A stretch of DNA of 64,000 bases, taken from positions 4,712,001 to 4,776,000 of the forward strand of contig CM026547.1 of assembly GCA_014905635.1 (NCBI GenBank), in the 5' to 3' direction. The position numbers and the translations under genes were made by a program. This stretch comes from Scenedesmus sp. PABB004 (taxonomy: Eukaryota). Of this stretch, positions 11,423 to 22,320 are shown piece after piece (the first letter of the stretch is position 1; the number at the start of each line of letters is the position of its first letter). A model generated the notes under the pieces. That model had not been told where the DNA came from. It worked only from the letters and a program-made list of their open reading frames with translations, and did not search any database.

Positions 11423-13267
11423 TCACGCAAAGTTGCTCGTGACCTTGGCCTCCAGGTGGTCTCCATAGCGCACCGGGCCAAAGCGCGGCGGCGCGCCGCG
11501 GCACAGCGCGGGCAGCGGCGCGACCTCGGCGTCGAAGCGCGTCTCGTAGAAAAATGGAAGGCTCACGCGCGACGACGCGCTGTCGCCGCGCAGCACGACG
11601 CGGTGCAGCGTCGGCGTGAGCGCGCCGTTGGTCAGCACCTGCGCGTTGCGTTTAGTCAGCACCACGCGCGCAAGTCGGGTTGAGTCGGGGGCTCGCCGGC
11701 GCGCACGGTCCCAGGCGCCCGCCGCGCGGCGCCGCTGCAGCGTCGCGCCGCGCCTTGAACATGTCGCCCAGGTTGACCACAAAGCTGCCCGGCAGCGGCG
11801 GCGCGTCGATCCAGGCGCCCGCTGCGTTCTTCACCTGCAGCGCCGTGACGCCCGGGTCCTGCAGCACCAGCGTGAGCAGCCCGTAGTCTGCGGCGCGGCG
11901 GCGGCGGCGGCGGCGCGTGCGCGTCGGCAGCGCAGCAGCAGAGGCCCTCCCCCTGCCCGGCCGCGGAGCGCGCGCCGCACCCGTGTGCTCGCCGCAGCTG
12001 AGCTGCGTCTCGCGCCCGACCTCGCCGCCCGCGGCGGCGGCGGCCTGCTGCGCCGCGTGCTGCCCCCCGCCCGGCGGGGCCAGGGGCGGGTAGAAGATGG
12101 CACGCGCGACCCAGTAGGAGCTCGCTGTGTGTGCCGGCGGCGGCGGCACCGCAGCGGCGCAGGGCAGTGGTGTCAACGCGGCGCGCGCGGCGCGCGCGCT
12201 GGCGGCCGGCCGCGCGGTGCAGCGTGGCGGCGCGCTGGTGCACCTCGGGGCGCAAGGCCGCTGGCCTCAAAGAAGTCGGGCGCCAGGCCCAGCCCCGACG
12301 CGATGCCCCGCAGCAGCGCCGCGCCGACGCGCAGGCAGTGGTCAAAGTAGGCCCGCAGGAGCGCCTCAAAGCCGGGCGGGTGCGCCGGCCAGAGGTTGGG
12401 CCCGTGCAGCGGCGAGGCGCGGCGGCCCGACGCCTGCAGGGCGTCCGGGTCCTCCTCGCGGTAAAAGTCAATGGCCTGGCGGCGGCGGCGGCTCGGTGAG
12501 CTGCGCCGCGGCTGGCACGCACGGGGCGCTGCTGGGGCAGCCCAGCGCCCCCCTGCCTCGCCCAGAGGCCTGGCGCTCGCCGGCGCCCACCTCGTGCATG
12601 TCGCGTGTGAACCCGCCCTCGTGGCGCGTGACGTTGGCGCCCAGCGGCTGCCAGCCCCGGAAGTGCGTGCCGGGGCTCAGCAGCAGCGGCCGCTTCGCGC
12701 TCTCCTGCGCGCCACGTGGCGGCGGCGGCGGCGGGGACGTGAGCGCCCGCCACGCCTGCTCGCGCGGCGGCGGCGGCCGGCAGTCCCCGCCGCCGCGCCC
12801 GCGGCGCCCGCTCACGGGCTGCGCGAACCACGCGCGCGCGTCGCGCAGCACGCCCTCGGTCACTGCAGCCGGCACGCCTGCGTGGGCGGCCAGGGCGGCG
12901 TGCGTTGTGCGCGCGAGCCGCGCGGCGCCCGCGCCGTCGGCGCGGGACCCCCCGCCGGCCGCGCCGCACCGTGGCCCACGATGAAAAAGAACCCGACGTG
13001 CCGGCAGGCGTCGTGCAGCTGCGCGACGACGCTGGAGACCGCGGCGGCGTCCTGCGCGCGGCCGCGCGGGCTGGGGCTGTGCAGCGCCCGGCTGGCCGGG
13101 GCGCCGCCGGTCTGCCGCCGCACCTGAGTGTCGGTGGGCTCCAGCAGCGGCGACATGTCGATCACGGGCAGGCGCGTGAAGGAGCGCCGGCCTCCAGCAT
13201 GCACTGCGCCAGCGCACGGCGCCGCCAGCGCTGCGCGGGCAGCAGCGGCAACGCCGCGCCGCAGCAT
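11423..13267 (-). CDS. 2-oxoglutarate/Fe(II) dioxygenase (DIOX_N + 2OG-FeII_Oxy, IPNS-like), organellar presequence
   Basis: [43 protein letters not shown] (HxD), VVNLGDM, PTLHRV, RVSLPFF (RxS). Confidence 0.92.
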
Positions 13268-13701
13268 GGCCGCCGCTGGCGGCCACGTCGCCACGGCCTG
13301 GGGAGGGCGCGAGCTGCAGGAGTGCGCCGGAGGGTGGGCGGGCCGCGCAGGACTGCCGTGCGCGGCGGGGCGGCGAGTGACCGCACTTGGCGCGCCCGCC
13401 GAACCCTGCGCCGCCGCGCCCCGCGCGCCGGGTGCGCTCTGCGTCCTCGCGCAGCGGCCGTCATCACGCCCTCGCGCTGCCTCCGCCGCCGCGACCAGCC
13501 GTGTGCGTGCCACGCAGTGCTGCTCTCGCGGAGCCTTGCTGCTCGCTGCTCCAGGAGCTCTCCTCACCCCAGGCAGCGCCGCTCGGGGTCGCGACTGCCA
13601 GGCGTCGTCGCGCACGCCTGTACTGCTCGGCGCGCCAGCCGGCAGCCCGCCAGCGCGCGGGGGGCGCCGCGGGGCGGGCGCGGCCTGCACAGACGTCAGC
13701 G

Positions 13702-14681
13702 ATGGCGCACGCGCCCGCGTTGACGCCCGTGGCGGCGCGGCGGATACAGGCGAGCCGCGGGGCGCGGCGCGGCAGCGCACGGCGCGCCGGCGGCAGCGGC
13801 GGCGCCGCCGTGCGCGCAGCAGCGGCGGACACGGAGCGCATGGAGGGCTGGCGGCGCGCGGGGGCCGCCGCCGCCGCGCCAGCGGCCCCGACCGGCCGCA
13901 GCGGCGGGCGCTGACGCCCCTGCCATGCGCGCGCGCAGAGCGAGCTCAACGACTGGGGGCGCAACCCGCCGGACGGGTGCTGCCTCGAGTCGTGCGAGCC
14001 GATGACGCACTGGGTGGTGATCATGAGCGGCCCCGAGCCCGCCGCAGGCATGCCGCGGCTGTACGAGGGCGAGGTCTTCCGGTGCGGCAGAGGGCCGCAG
14101 CCGCGCCTGCGCCGCCGCGGCGGCAGCCGCCGCCCCAATCAGCAGGCGCGCCGCGCCGCGGCCCCGCGCGCTGCTCGCGCCACGACGCCGCCGCGACGCC
14201 GCCGCGCCCCCGGCTGTCCCTCCTGGGCGTGCGCAGGCTGAACGTGCGCTTCACGGAGCGGTACCCGCTGGAGCCGCCGGAGGTGACGTTCCTGTCGCCG
14301 ACGCCGGTGCACCCGCACATCTACTCCAACGGCCACATCTGCCTCGACGTCCTCTACGACGGCCAGAACGGCGGCTGGTCGCCCGCGCTGACCATTAACA
14401 AGCTCTGCCTCTCGCTGCGGTCCATGCTGGCCTCAAACACGGACAAGGCGCGCGCGGGCGCGGACGCGGGCGCGGGGCGGGGCGGGGCGGAGAGGAGGGG
14501 GGGCGGCGGCGGGCTGCAGCCGCTGCGCGGCGCGGCGGGCCCGCGCCCGATGCGCGCCGCCGCCCCCGCCGCCGCTCCCGCCCCGCAGCGACGGCCGCCC
14601 GGCGACATGGACTACTGCCAGCGCGTGGGCGGGCGCAGCCCAAAGCTGACGCGGTGGAACTTCGACGACGAGACCGTGTGA
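13702..14681 (+). CDS. UBE2W: Ubiquitin-conjugating enzyme E2, UBE2W / plant UBC15-18 type
   Basis: YPLEPPEVTF, HPHIYSNGHICLDVLYD, WSPALTINKLCLSLRSML, RSPKLTRWNFDDETV; 2 of 3 introns have GC donors. Confidence 0.92.
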
Positions 14682-15062
14682 GGCGCAGCGGCTGTGGCGA
14701 TCAGCGCGCCGCCGTCCGTTGCCGCGTGAGGGGCGAGTTGCATTCCTGGCGCGCCCGCGCGCCCGCGCGGCGCCTGCACGTCTGCACCCGGCGGCCGCGC
14801 CGCCGGCGCGCAGCGCTCCCGATGCACGCCGTTGCAAGCCCGTTTGAGCCGCCCGTGTGCCCCGCCGCTCCCGCTCCAGCTGCCGCTGCTGCTCCTGCTG
14901 GTGATGCTGCTCACTTCAGCCTGCGCGCAGCGGCAGCAGCAGCAGCAGCAGCAGCAGCAGGGCGAGGCGTCAGCAGCCCACCCGCCCGCGCGCGAGCCTG
15001 CAGCCCCCCGCGGCGCGCGTGCCCGCGGCGCCGCCGGCTGGCCGTCGGCGGGCGGCAGCGTC

Positions 15063-15691
15063 TCACTTCTTGTACACGTATTTTTCCCGGATCTGCCGCG
15101 TCGTCAGCAGCAGCCGGTCGGCGGGGGAGACCGCGTCCCAGGGGATGCGCCGCGACGCCTGCGCGTGCGCGCGCCGACGCGGGGCGAGCGGTGAGCGCGC
15201 CGGCACGCGTGCCAGCCGCCGCCGCCACCGCCGCTGCCACTGCGCGGGGCGTCGCTGCGCGGGGCGCCATGCCGGTGCCGCTGCCGCGCGGGCGCACCCT
15301 GTACTCTGCGATGGCGGCGGGCATTTTGGCCATCGCTGCGTCGATCTTGGCCTGCCGCTCCGCCTGGCTCACGTGGCGCTTGTGCCCGCGCTGCTTGCCG
15401 CCGTTGAAGGGCGGGTCGTTCTTGGGCACGCCGGGCACGAGGTGCTCGTACGGCCACTCCCTGCGCGCGCGGGCGCGAGCAGCGGCGGGCGTCGGCGCGG
15501 GCAGCGGCGCGCCGCCGCTGCTGCTGCCGCCCGCCGCGCGCCGACCGCCGCACGCACTTGCCCTGCGCCAGCCACTCCTTGCGGATGACCATCGCGCGCC
15601 GCCGCGACAGCACCGGCGGCAGCCACTTGTTCGCGCCGACCTTGCGGAACTGCAGCGCCGCCTCGCCAAGGCGGCGCAGTATGTGCGACAT
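15063..15691 (-). CDS. Mitochondrial ribosomal protein mL59 (MRP-L25)-like
   Basis: KWLPPVLSRRRAMVIRK...KQRGHKRHV...ERQAKIDAAMAKMPAAIAEYR; third exon ends YVYKK-stop. Confidence 0.75.
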
Positions 15692-16075
15692 GCCGGCGCG
15701 CCGGGGCAGCCCCGGGCGGGGGGGGGGCGCTGCGGCGGGGGGCGCAGGGACCTGGGCGCGGCGCCGCCTGATGGCAAGCCCTCCTGGCCTCTGCGTGGCC
15801 TGGAGCAGCGCGGTCGCTAGCGCGAAGGGGTGGAGGCTGTGGCGCTCCGCGGAGAGAGGGTGAACAACGGCGCGCGACGGCGGCACTGACGGAGCGGCAC
15901 TTGACGGCGCGCTGCTCTGCTAAAGCTGCCGGTGACCTCCCCCACAACCGCACCCGCCCCGACGATCACCACGGCGGCAGCGCAGTCAGTCGCCCCACAC
16001 CGCCGCCCGACGAAGGCGCGCCGCCGCTGCCAGGCGCTGCCGCTGCTGCCGTCGCCGCTGCCGCCGTTGCCGGCG

Positions 16076-16775
16076 ATGCGCCCCGCCGCGGCGCTGCGGC
16101 GCCTGCTGCGCGCGGTGGACGCCCACGTCACGCCCGTGGCGGGCAACACGCAGTGGCGGGACGCCGTGCGCGCCGCGTTTCGCGCGGGCGCGGGCGAGGC
16201 CGACGCGGCGCGCGTGCGGTCGGGGCTGCTGCTGGCGCAGGAGTACGCTGACCTGCTGGACAACGTGGCGCACCACCGGGTGCGCCGCGACGATCGCCGC
16301 CGCCCGCGGCGCGCGCGGGCGCGGGCGGCAGGAAGCACACTGGAGAAGCCCGAGCGCCGCCGCGTCCCCCACCGCCGCGCGCTCGCACGCGTGCGACTGC
16401 GCGCTCACGCCGCCGCGCGCTCGCGGCGCCGCCGCGCGCCAGGCGCTGCTGGCGTCGTACAACATCGGCCTGGACCCCGACGAGCGCAACAAGGAGATGG
16501 TGGCCAAGACCGCCGCGCGCGTGGGCTTCTCGCTGCCGCAGCCCGGCGCGGCGCCGCCGCCGCCGCGGCAGCAGCGGCAGGAGCAGCAGGAGCAGCAGGA
16601 GCAGCAGCACCACCAGGAGCAGCGGCAGCCGGGGGCTGCCGCGGCGGCAGCGGCGGCGCCCGAGCAGCGGCACGCCGGCGGTGCGCCCGGCGGCTCGGGG
16701 GCGGCGGCGGCGGCGGAGCAGCGGCAGGACGCGTTAGGGACGGCGCCAGACGTGCAGCGGCGGCGAGGGGGCTGA
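16076..16775 (+). CDS. FMC1-like LYR-family mitochondrial ATP synthase assembly factor with Q/A-rich tail
   Basis: LRRLLRAV...VRAAFR, AQEYADLL, LLASYNIG, KTAARVGFSLP; one intron. Confidence 0.65.
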
Positions 16776-17042
16776 CGGCCGTGCGGGCGCGTCGGACGGC
16801 GGCGCAGATCGACCCGGCGGCGGTGTGCCGCGCTGGTGAACCGCAGCTTGCTCGCTCGCGCCAGTGCTCGCTGCTTATCGCCGCGCCGCACATCGCGCCT
16901 GCACACCGCGTTCCTTGCCGCGCGCGCCCGCCGCGACCGGCGCAGCCACACACGCCACCGCCGCCGCTGCCCTCGCCGCACCAAACGCACGCCGCTCCCC
17001 AGGCGCCCGGGCAACGCGCGCGGTCCTCCAGGGCCTCCGAGC

Positions 17043-18231
17043 ATGGCGCTGCCCGCCCGCCTCGCCCGCGGCGCCCTGCAGGCAGCGCCGGTGACTGGCA
17101 CCAAAGCGCAGCAGCAGCGCCGCTCCACCCGTGGCAGCACCGGGCGGCGGCAGCAGCAGCGCCCGGCGAAGCAGCGCGACGCGGCCGGTGCCGCGCCGCC
17201 GGCGGCCGCGTATCGCGCGCTCGCAGCGGCGTCGGTCGCGGCGGCGGCGGGCCTGACGCTCGCGCCGGGGGCGTTCTGGGCGGCCCTGGGAGCCTCCAAC
17301 GTCGTGCAGGTCACGGAGACCTCGACGCAGGTATTCGGCTGTTACTGGCTGCTGAGTGCGGCGGGCGCCTGGCGCCTCGGAGCGGCGGCTGAGGCCGGCA
17401 GCCTCGCGAGCCCCTCGGCCGCGCGGCTGTCCGCCTTCCTGGCGGCCTTTGCCGCGGGCAGCGCCGGCCCGCTCGCGCTCGGCGCGGCGGCGGGCGACCT
17501 CGCGCCCGGCCCGCCGCGGGCGCGGTGGGCGCGCTGCTGGGCGCCGCGGCGCTGCTGGCGCGGGGCTACGCCGGGCCCACAGAGCCGGGGCGCGTCGCTG
17601 CCGCGGTCGGCGGGGGGCTGAAGTCCACGCTGCGCGCGGGGCGGGGCCTGGCGGGAGCGTTCTACGCGCTGTCCGTCTGGGAGGACCTGGTGCGCGGCCG
17701 GTGTGACAAGGGAGGGACGGGGGAAGGGCGGTTGGGGGCGCGGCGGGGCCGGCGCGACGGCGCAGCGGCGGGCGCGGCGCGGCGGCCGCCCACGCGCTGG
17801 CGCGCCGCGCAGCGCCTCTCCCCCGCGCCCACGCCCGCCGCGCCCGCCGCGCCCGCGCGCGCACCCGCCAGGTGCTGGGCATCGCGCTCGTGGCGGGCCC
17901 GATCCTGCCGACCGTGTCGGACCTCGCCCTCTCGCCGCCGACGCTGCTGGCCAAGGACATGGTGGGCGTCGGCACGCTGCTGTACGGCGGCATCGTCTGG
18001 GCGCTGCTCGACGCGCTCGACGCCGGCGCGCTCGGCGGGCCGACCGCGCGGGCGCTCAATGCGGCGTGCGCGGCGGTGTCGCTCGGGGTCGGGGCTGTGT
18101 GCGTCGCGGGGCAGGCGAACGGCATCGCAACGAACGACACCAACCAGGCGGTCGTGCTGATCAGCTGCCTGGCCACGGCGTCGGTCTTTGCCTGGCAGGC
18201 CGCGTTCGCGCCGCCAGCGGAGGACGCGTGA
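17043..18231 (+). CDS. Multi-pass membrane protein of unknown function with transit-peptide-like N-terminus; apparent 1-nt frameshift near 17511
   Basis: Hydrophobic helices continue across two frames (LAAFAAGSAGPLALG, then VGALLGAAALL), plus a second exon VLGIALVAGP...VFAWQAAF. Confidence 0.6.
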
Positions 18232-18806
18232 GCGGCGGGGCAGCGAGCGAGAGTGGAGGCGGGCGAGAGCGCGGGCGAGCGAGAGCGGGCGAGAGCGCGG
18301 GGTGGGATTGGTTGCCTCAGCCGCCAGCAGCCAGCAGTGCTTGCTGGTGCGAGGCCGCACCGGCGCGGGCGCGTGCCGCGTCGGACCGGCCAAACCACGC
18401 TTGAACAACAAATCAAGGGCCCCTGGCGCCAGCGGCGGGTACCCGCAGCGGCAGCTCGCGCGGCAGTTCAGCCAGCAAAATCATAAGCAGTGAAATCAGT
18501 GATCGCCTGCACAGACGACGAATCCTCGGGCTCAGAGCTGATCAGCCCTAATCATAAGCAATGCAGAAGCCCTCTCCGCTCGGCGCATCGACTTGGCATG
18601 CGGCGGGCCGCCCTGCACAGGGCACATGCGCTGACGCCGCGCGCCCGCCGCCTCAACAGGCGGCGTGCGTCCCCCAGGGATAGTTTGTTTGGTCCGCGTG
18701 CTGCAGCATGCTGTTTGCGCAAACACAACACAGGCAATACAGAGATGCCGCTGACTGCCGGCACTGGCCCAGCAGGCACTGACTGATCAGCGCGGCGCGA
18801 CTGCGC

Positions 18807-20217
18807 TCACAGCTCGCCCAGCAGGAGCGCCCAGCAGGCCGCGAGCAGCACGGCGCCCCACGAGAGCCAGACGGTGCGCCCCAGGGCCACCCAGTGCTGC
18901 GCGGCCGTCACGGCCGCCTGGCGCGCGGGGACGGCCACCTCGCGCCAGCCCGCGCGGGCGGCGTCGTGCGGCTCCGCGCTGTCGGGTGCCAGCACCGCCA
19001 CGCCGCGCCAGTCGACGTGGTGAGCCGAGCCAGGAAGTGCAGGCGCTGGCGGCGCTCGATGCCCCAATACCAAATCCACAGCGGCAGCGCCACGCTCAGC
19101 AGCGCGACCCCAACGGTCGCGAGCCGGACGCACGCCCAGCCGTGCGGCGCGGCCGCGACCTGCGCGAGGCATAGCCCGCCCGCAAACGTGCCGGCGGCGC
19201 ACGAGAGCGGCAGGCCCCGCCGCGGGCGCGGGGCCGGCGCCGGCACCGCCGCCGTGTGCCAGCCGCGCCAGCAGCGGCGCGAGGCGCGGCGCCGCGTACG
19301 CGCCGTGCACGCCGTGCAGGCTCGCGCACATCGACGGCGCCGCGACGGCCGCGTGCAGCGCGAGCGTGCCCGCCGCGAGCGCGACCATAGCGCGGCCGTC
19401 AGGCAGGGTGTAGGTCAGCGACCACACGAGCTCCGGGAGCACCTGGCAGCACATGCCAGGTACCTGGCACGCGGCCGGGCGGGCGGGCAGGGAGGGAGGA
19501 GTCGGGCAGCGCGAGACTGCGCGCGCGGCGTGCGCGGCCGCCCGCCGCGCGCGCGCACGCGCGCGCCGCGCCCGGGTGGCGGCGTGGCACCTGACAAACT
19601 GCGCCGTCGTGGTGATGGGGCCGGCCGCGTTGAGCAGGCACTGCTCCGTCCAGCACGACGACATGACGGCCAGCACTGCGCGACGCGCGCGCGCGCGGGG
19701 GCAGCCCTCGGACGATGGCCGCGCGCGCGCTCGCAGCCAGCAGCCCCGCCAGCCGCGCGCCGCTCACGCAGCCGGCAGAGCACGGCGAGGGGCCAGCGCC
19801 AGCGCGCCGCGTACGCCGCGCGGGGGAGCAGCGTGAGCGCGGCCAGCTCCGCGGCGAGCACGCCGTAGGCGGCGAGCATGATGGCAGGGCAGTGCCGGTA
19901 CGACGCCGCCGCGAGCGCCCACGCGGTGTGCACGGCCGCCATGATCGCCAGCCGCGCGCGGTCGTGCTGCGTAATGGCCTCCAGCGCCGCCCAGCGCCGG
20001 TAGCAGCGCTCCAGGCCGGCGTCGGCGAAGCGCAGCCTGGCGCGCAGCCAGCGGCGGCCGGGCAGGCTGAGCTCGCGGGCAGCGGCTGAGCGCGCGAGCA
20101 GCGGCTGGCGCGGCAGCGGCGGCTGACGCACCAGACGTCCATCTGCGGCGTGAGCCCCAGCCGTAGGACGGCGCTGGAGGGCCGGCAGCGCCGCTGCTCA
20201 TCATCCTCACGGCCCAT
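18807..20217 (-). CDS. Multi-pass membrane protein of unknown function, possibly pseudogenised or with frameshift errors
   Basis: LRFADAGLERCY, several TM-like segments, LWIWYWGIERRQRLHFLA, terminal WGAVLLAACWALL; coding-like frames alternate around 19215 and 19025; start uncertain. Confidence 0.45.
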
Positions 20218-20391
20218 CGCAGCAGCGCGCTGGCAGCAGCAGCAGCCGGCGGCGCCGCGGTGCCGCCCCGTGCTAGCAGGCTGCGCGTGGCCTGCCACGG
20301 CACAGTCTGAGCTGCCGCTACTCCTCTGGATGCTGCGGAGCCACGCCTGCTGCCCGGTGAGGGCGTACCGGGGACTGCACCTGCAGCAAAA

Positions 20392-20396
20392 TTACA
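20392..20396 (-). promoter_or_regulatory. TGTAA polyadenylation signal for the histidine phosphatase gene
   Basis: TTACA on + strand downstream of the minus-strand stop at 20730; TGTAA is the chlorophycean poly(A) signal. Confidence 0.6.
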
Positions 20397-20729
20397 AAGG
20401 TCAGCTCTCCTCAGGCGGCGGCCTCGCGCTGCTGCGGGGTACCCAGCCGTTCGAGAGGGCCCCACGATGGCGTGGCGAGCGGCCGAGGGGTGCATAGCAG
20501 GCGCTAACCCCCGCGCCGGCGGCGCCGCAGTGACGCCCCGGCGCCGCGCGCCCCCCGCTCCCTGCCGAGGTCCACACATGGGCCGGGGCTGCGCTGATCA
20601 GGAAGCAGGAGAGCTTCCGCAGTCCGCCGCAACGCCGGCGGTGGTGGCGGCGCGGGCGGAGGCGCAGCGGGCACGCAGGTCGCAGCACGCGAACCAGGCC
20701 TGCTGCGCATCCTAGGATCACGCCGCGAC

Positions 20730-21699
20730 TCAGCGCACGCGCAGCTCGCTCCGCCGCACCGTGCGCAGCTCGCAGTTGCCAAAGCTGTGCCCCGTGAGCG
20801 CGTGGAGGCAGGCCCAGTGGCTCACGACTGCGATGCAGCGCTCCGGCCGGCCGCGCAGCCAGTCGGCCAGGCGGCGCATGCGGTGCTCAAACAAGGCGTC
20901 CGGCTCCTCGTGCACCGCCAGCGCGTCGTGCGGCGCCTCGGTGTGCCACCACGGCGTGTCGGGCAGGTGGTCAAAGCTAAACCTGCGACCACGCCGCCGC
21001 CGGCGGCGGCGAGCGGGTGAGACCGGGCGGCGGCGGCCTGCCGCCCCCCCCCCCCCATCATCCGCCCCGCGCTGCGTGTCGCGCGCACTGCGGGAACTCC
21101 TCGCGCAGCGCGCGCACGGGCCGGCCGACGTCGCTGGAGAGGTAGAGGCGCTCCCGCCACAGCGGCTCGACCAGCGTGCGGCGCGGCAGCTGGTCCCCAA
21201 ACGCCAGCTCCGCCGTCTGCAGCGCGCGCGTGAGCGGCGAGACCACGAGCAGCTGCGCGCCGGCGGCGGCGGCGGGGGCGACGTGTCGGGGGCGGCCGAG
21301 GCGGCGGCGACACCTGCGCGGCGCGGCGCGGCGCCGCCGCACCTCGGGCGCCGGCTGCAGCCGCGCGACCGCCGCCGCGGCGCTGCGCGCGTCGCGCTTG
21401 CCGTCCTCGGTGAGCCGCGTGTCATACAGTAGCGGGTCCCGGAAGCCCCTGCTGCCGTAGCGGTGTGTGCTGAGATGAACGTTCATCTCCGTCACGCCGT
21501 GCCGTAGCAGGTGCAGCACCTGCGGGGGAGAGGGAGGGCCGAGCGGCGCGCCGCGGCCGCGGCCCGCGGCGGGTGACGCCTCCGCGGCGGCGCGCCACGC
21601 CGGCGCCCGACCGCGGCCCGCGACGGGTGGAGCGCTTGCCATCACATGCTCACACCGCGCCGTGAGCCGTGCCCCTGGCGCACGCACCAGGTCGGCCAT
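20730..21699 (-). CDS. Histidine phosphatase / phosphoglycerate mutase-like protein
   Basis: LHLLRHG, DTRLTEDG, VVSPLTRALQTA, SSDVG, IAVVSHW, FGNCEL; start (MADL) tentative. Confidence 0.88.
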
Positions 21700-22320
21700 C
21701 CTGCTGCTGCTGCCGCCGCTGCCGGCGCTGCCACCGCAAAACGCCGGCTGCGGAGACGGCCCCGCTCCACACAGGCCGTGAGCGTAAAGTTTGCAGTCGA
21801 CCTCGTGGCTTAGAAGGCTCAGGCGATCGAGCAGCGCGGCGCTGGCGGTCGAGCAGCGCAGCGGCGGAAGCGGTCGCAGGTGCTGTCGCCCGTGTGCGGC
21901 TGTCTCTGGCGGCGGCAGCTGAGCGGTGAGTGTGGCATGGCGGCGTTGACATGTCAACGTGGACACCGGCGCGCCGCCACGTGCGGGGCTTTCGGCACAA
22001 AAACCTGACGGCTCGACAAACAATGGAACGGCGCGATGGCCATATATGATGTGCGCGTTCCGCGGCCAGCCGCGGCAATGGAACAGAGCAGCATACCAGC
22101 CAGGGGCGTGCGTTGGTGATGCAGGGTGCGAGGCGCGAGGCGTGGGGAGACACACAAGTGCGGGGCGGCGCCGGCGCCGCAGGACGGGCGCGCGTGCGTG
22201 GGGCACGCAGAGTTCAAAGCTCAAGGCAGCTGAGGGGATGGAGCGAGAGAATGCCAGCGAAGCAGGGATGCATATACACACACATTGCGGGCGCCGGTGT
22301 GTGCAGCCGCGGGCGCCCGC

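Noticed and set aside
4851..13267. Metabolic gene cluster (ALS, CLYBL, ACX4, 2OG dioxygenase)
   Set aside because: The predicted compartments differ, SFT2 interrupts the run, and no coherent pathway emerges; adjacency is likely chance
18470..18790. Possible snoRNA or other ncRNA in the AT-richer spacer
   Set aside because: No convincing C/D box pair, H/ACA structure or tRNA fold by eye
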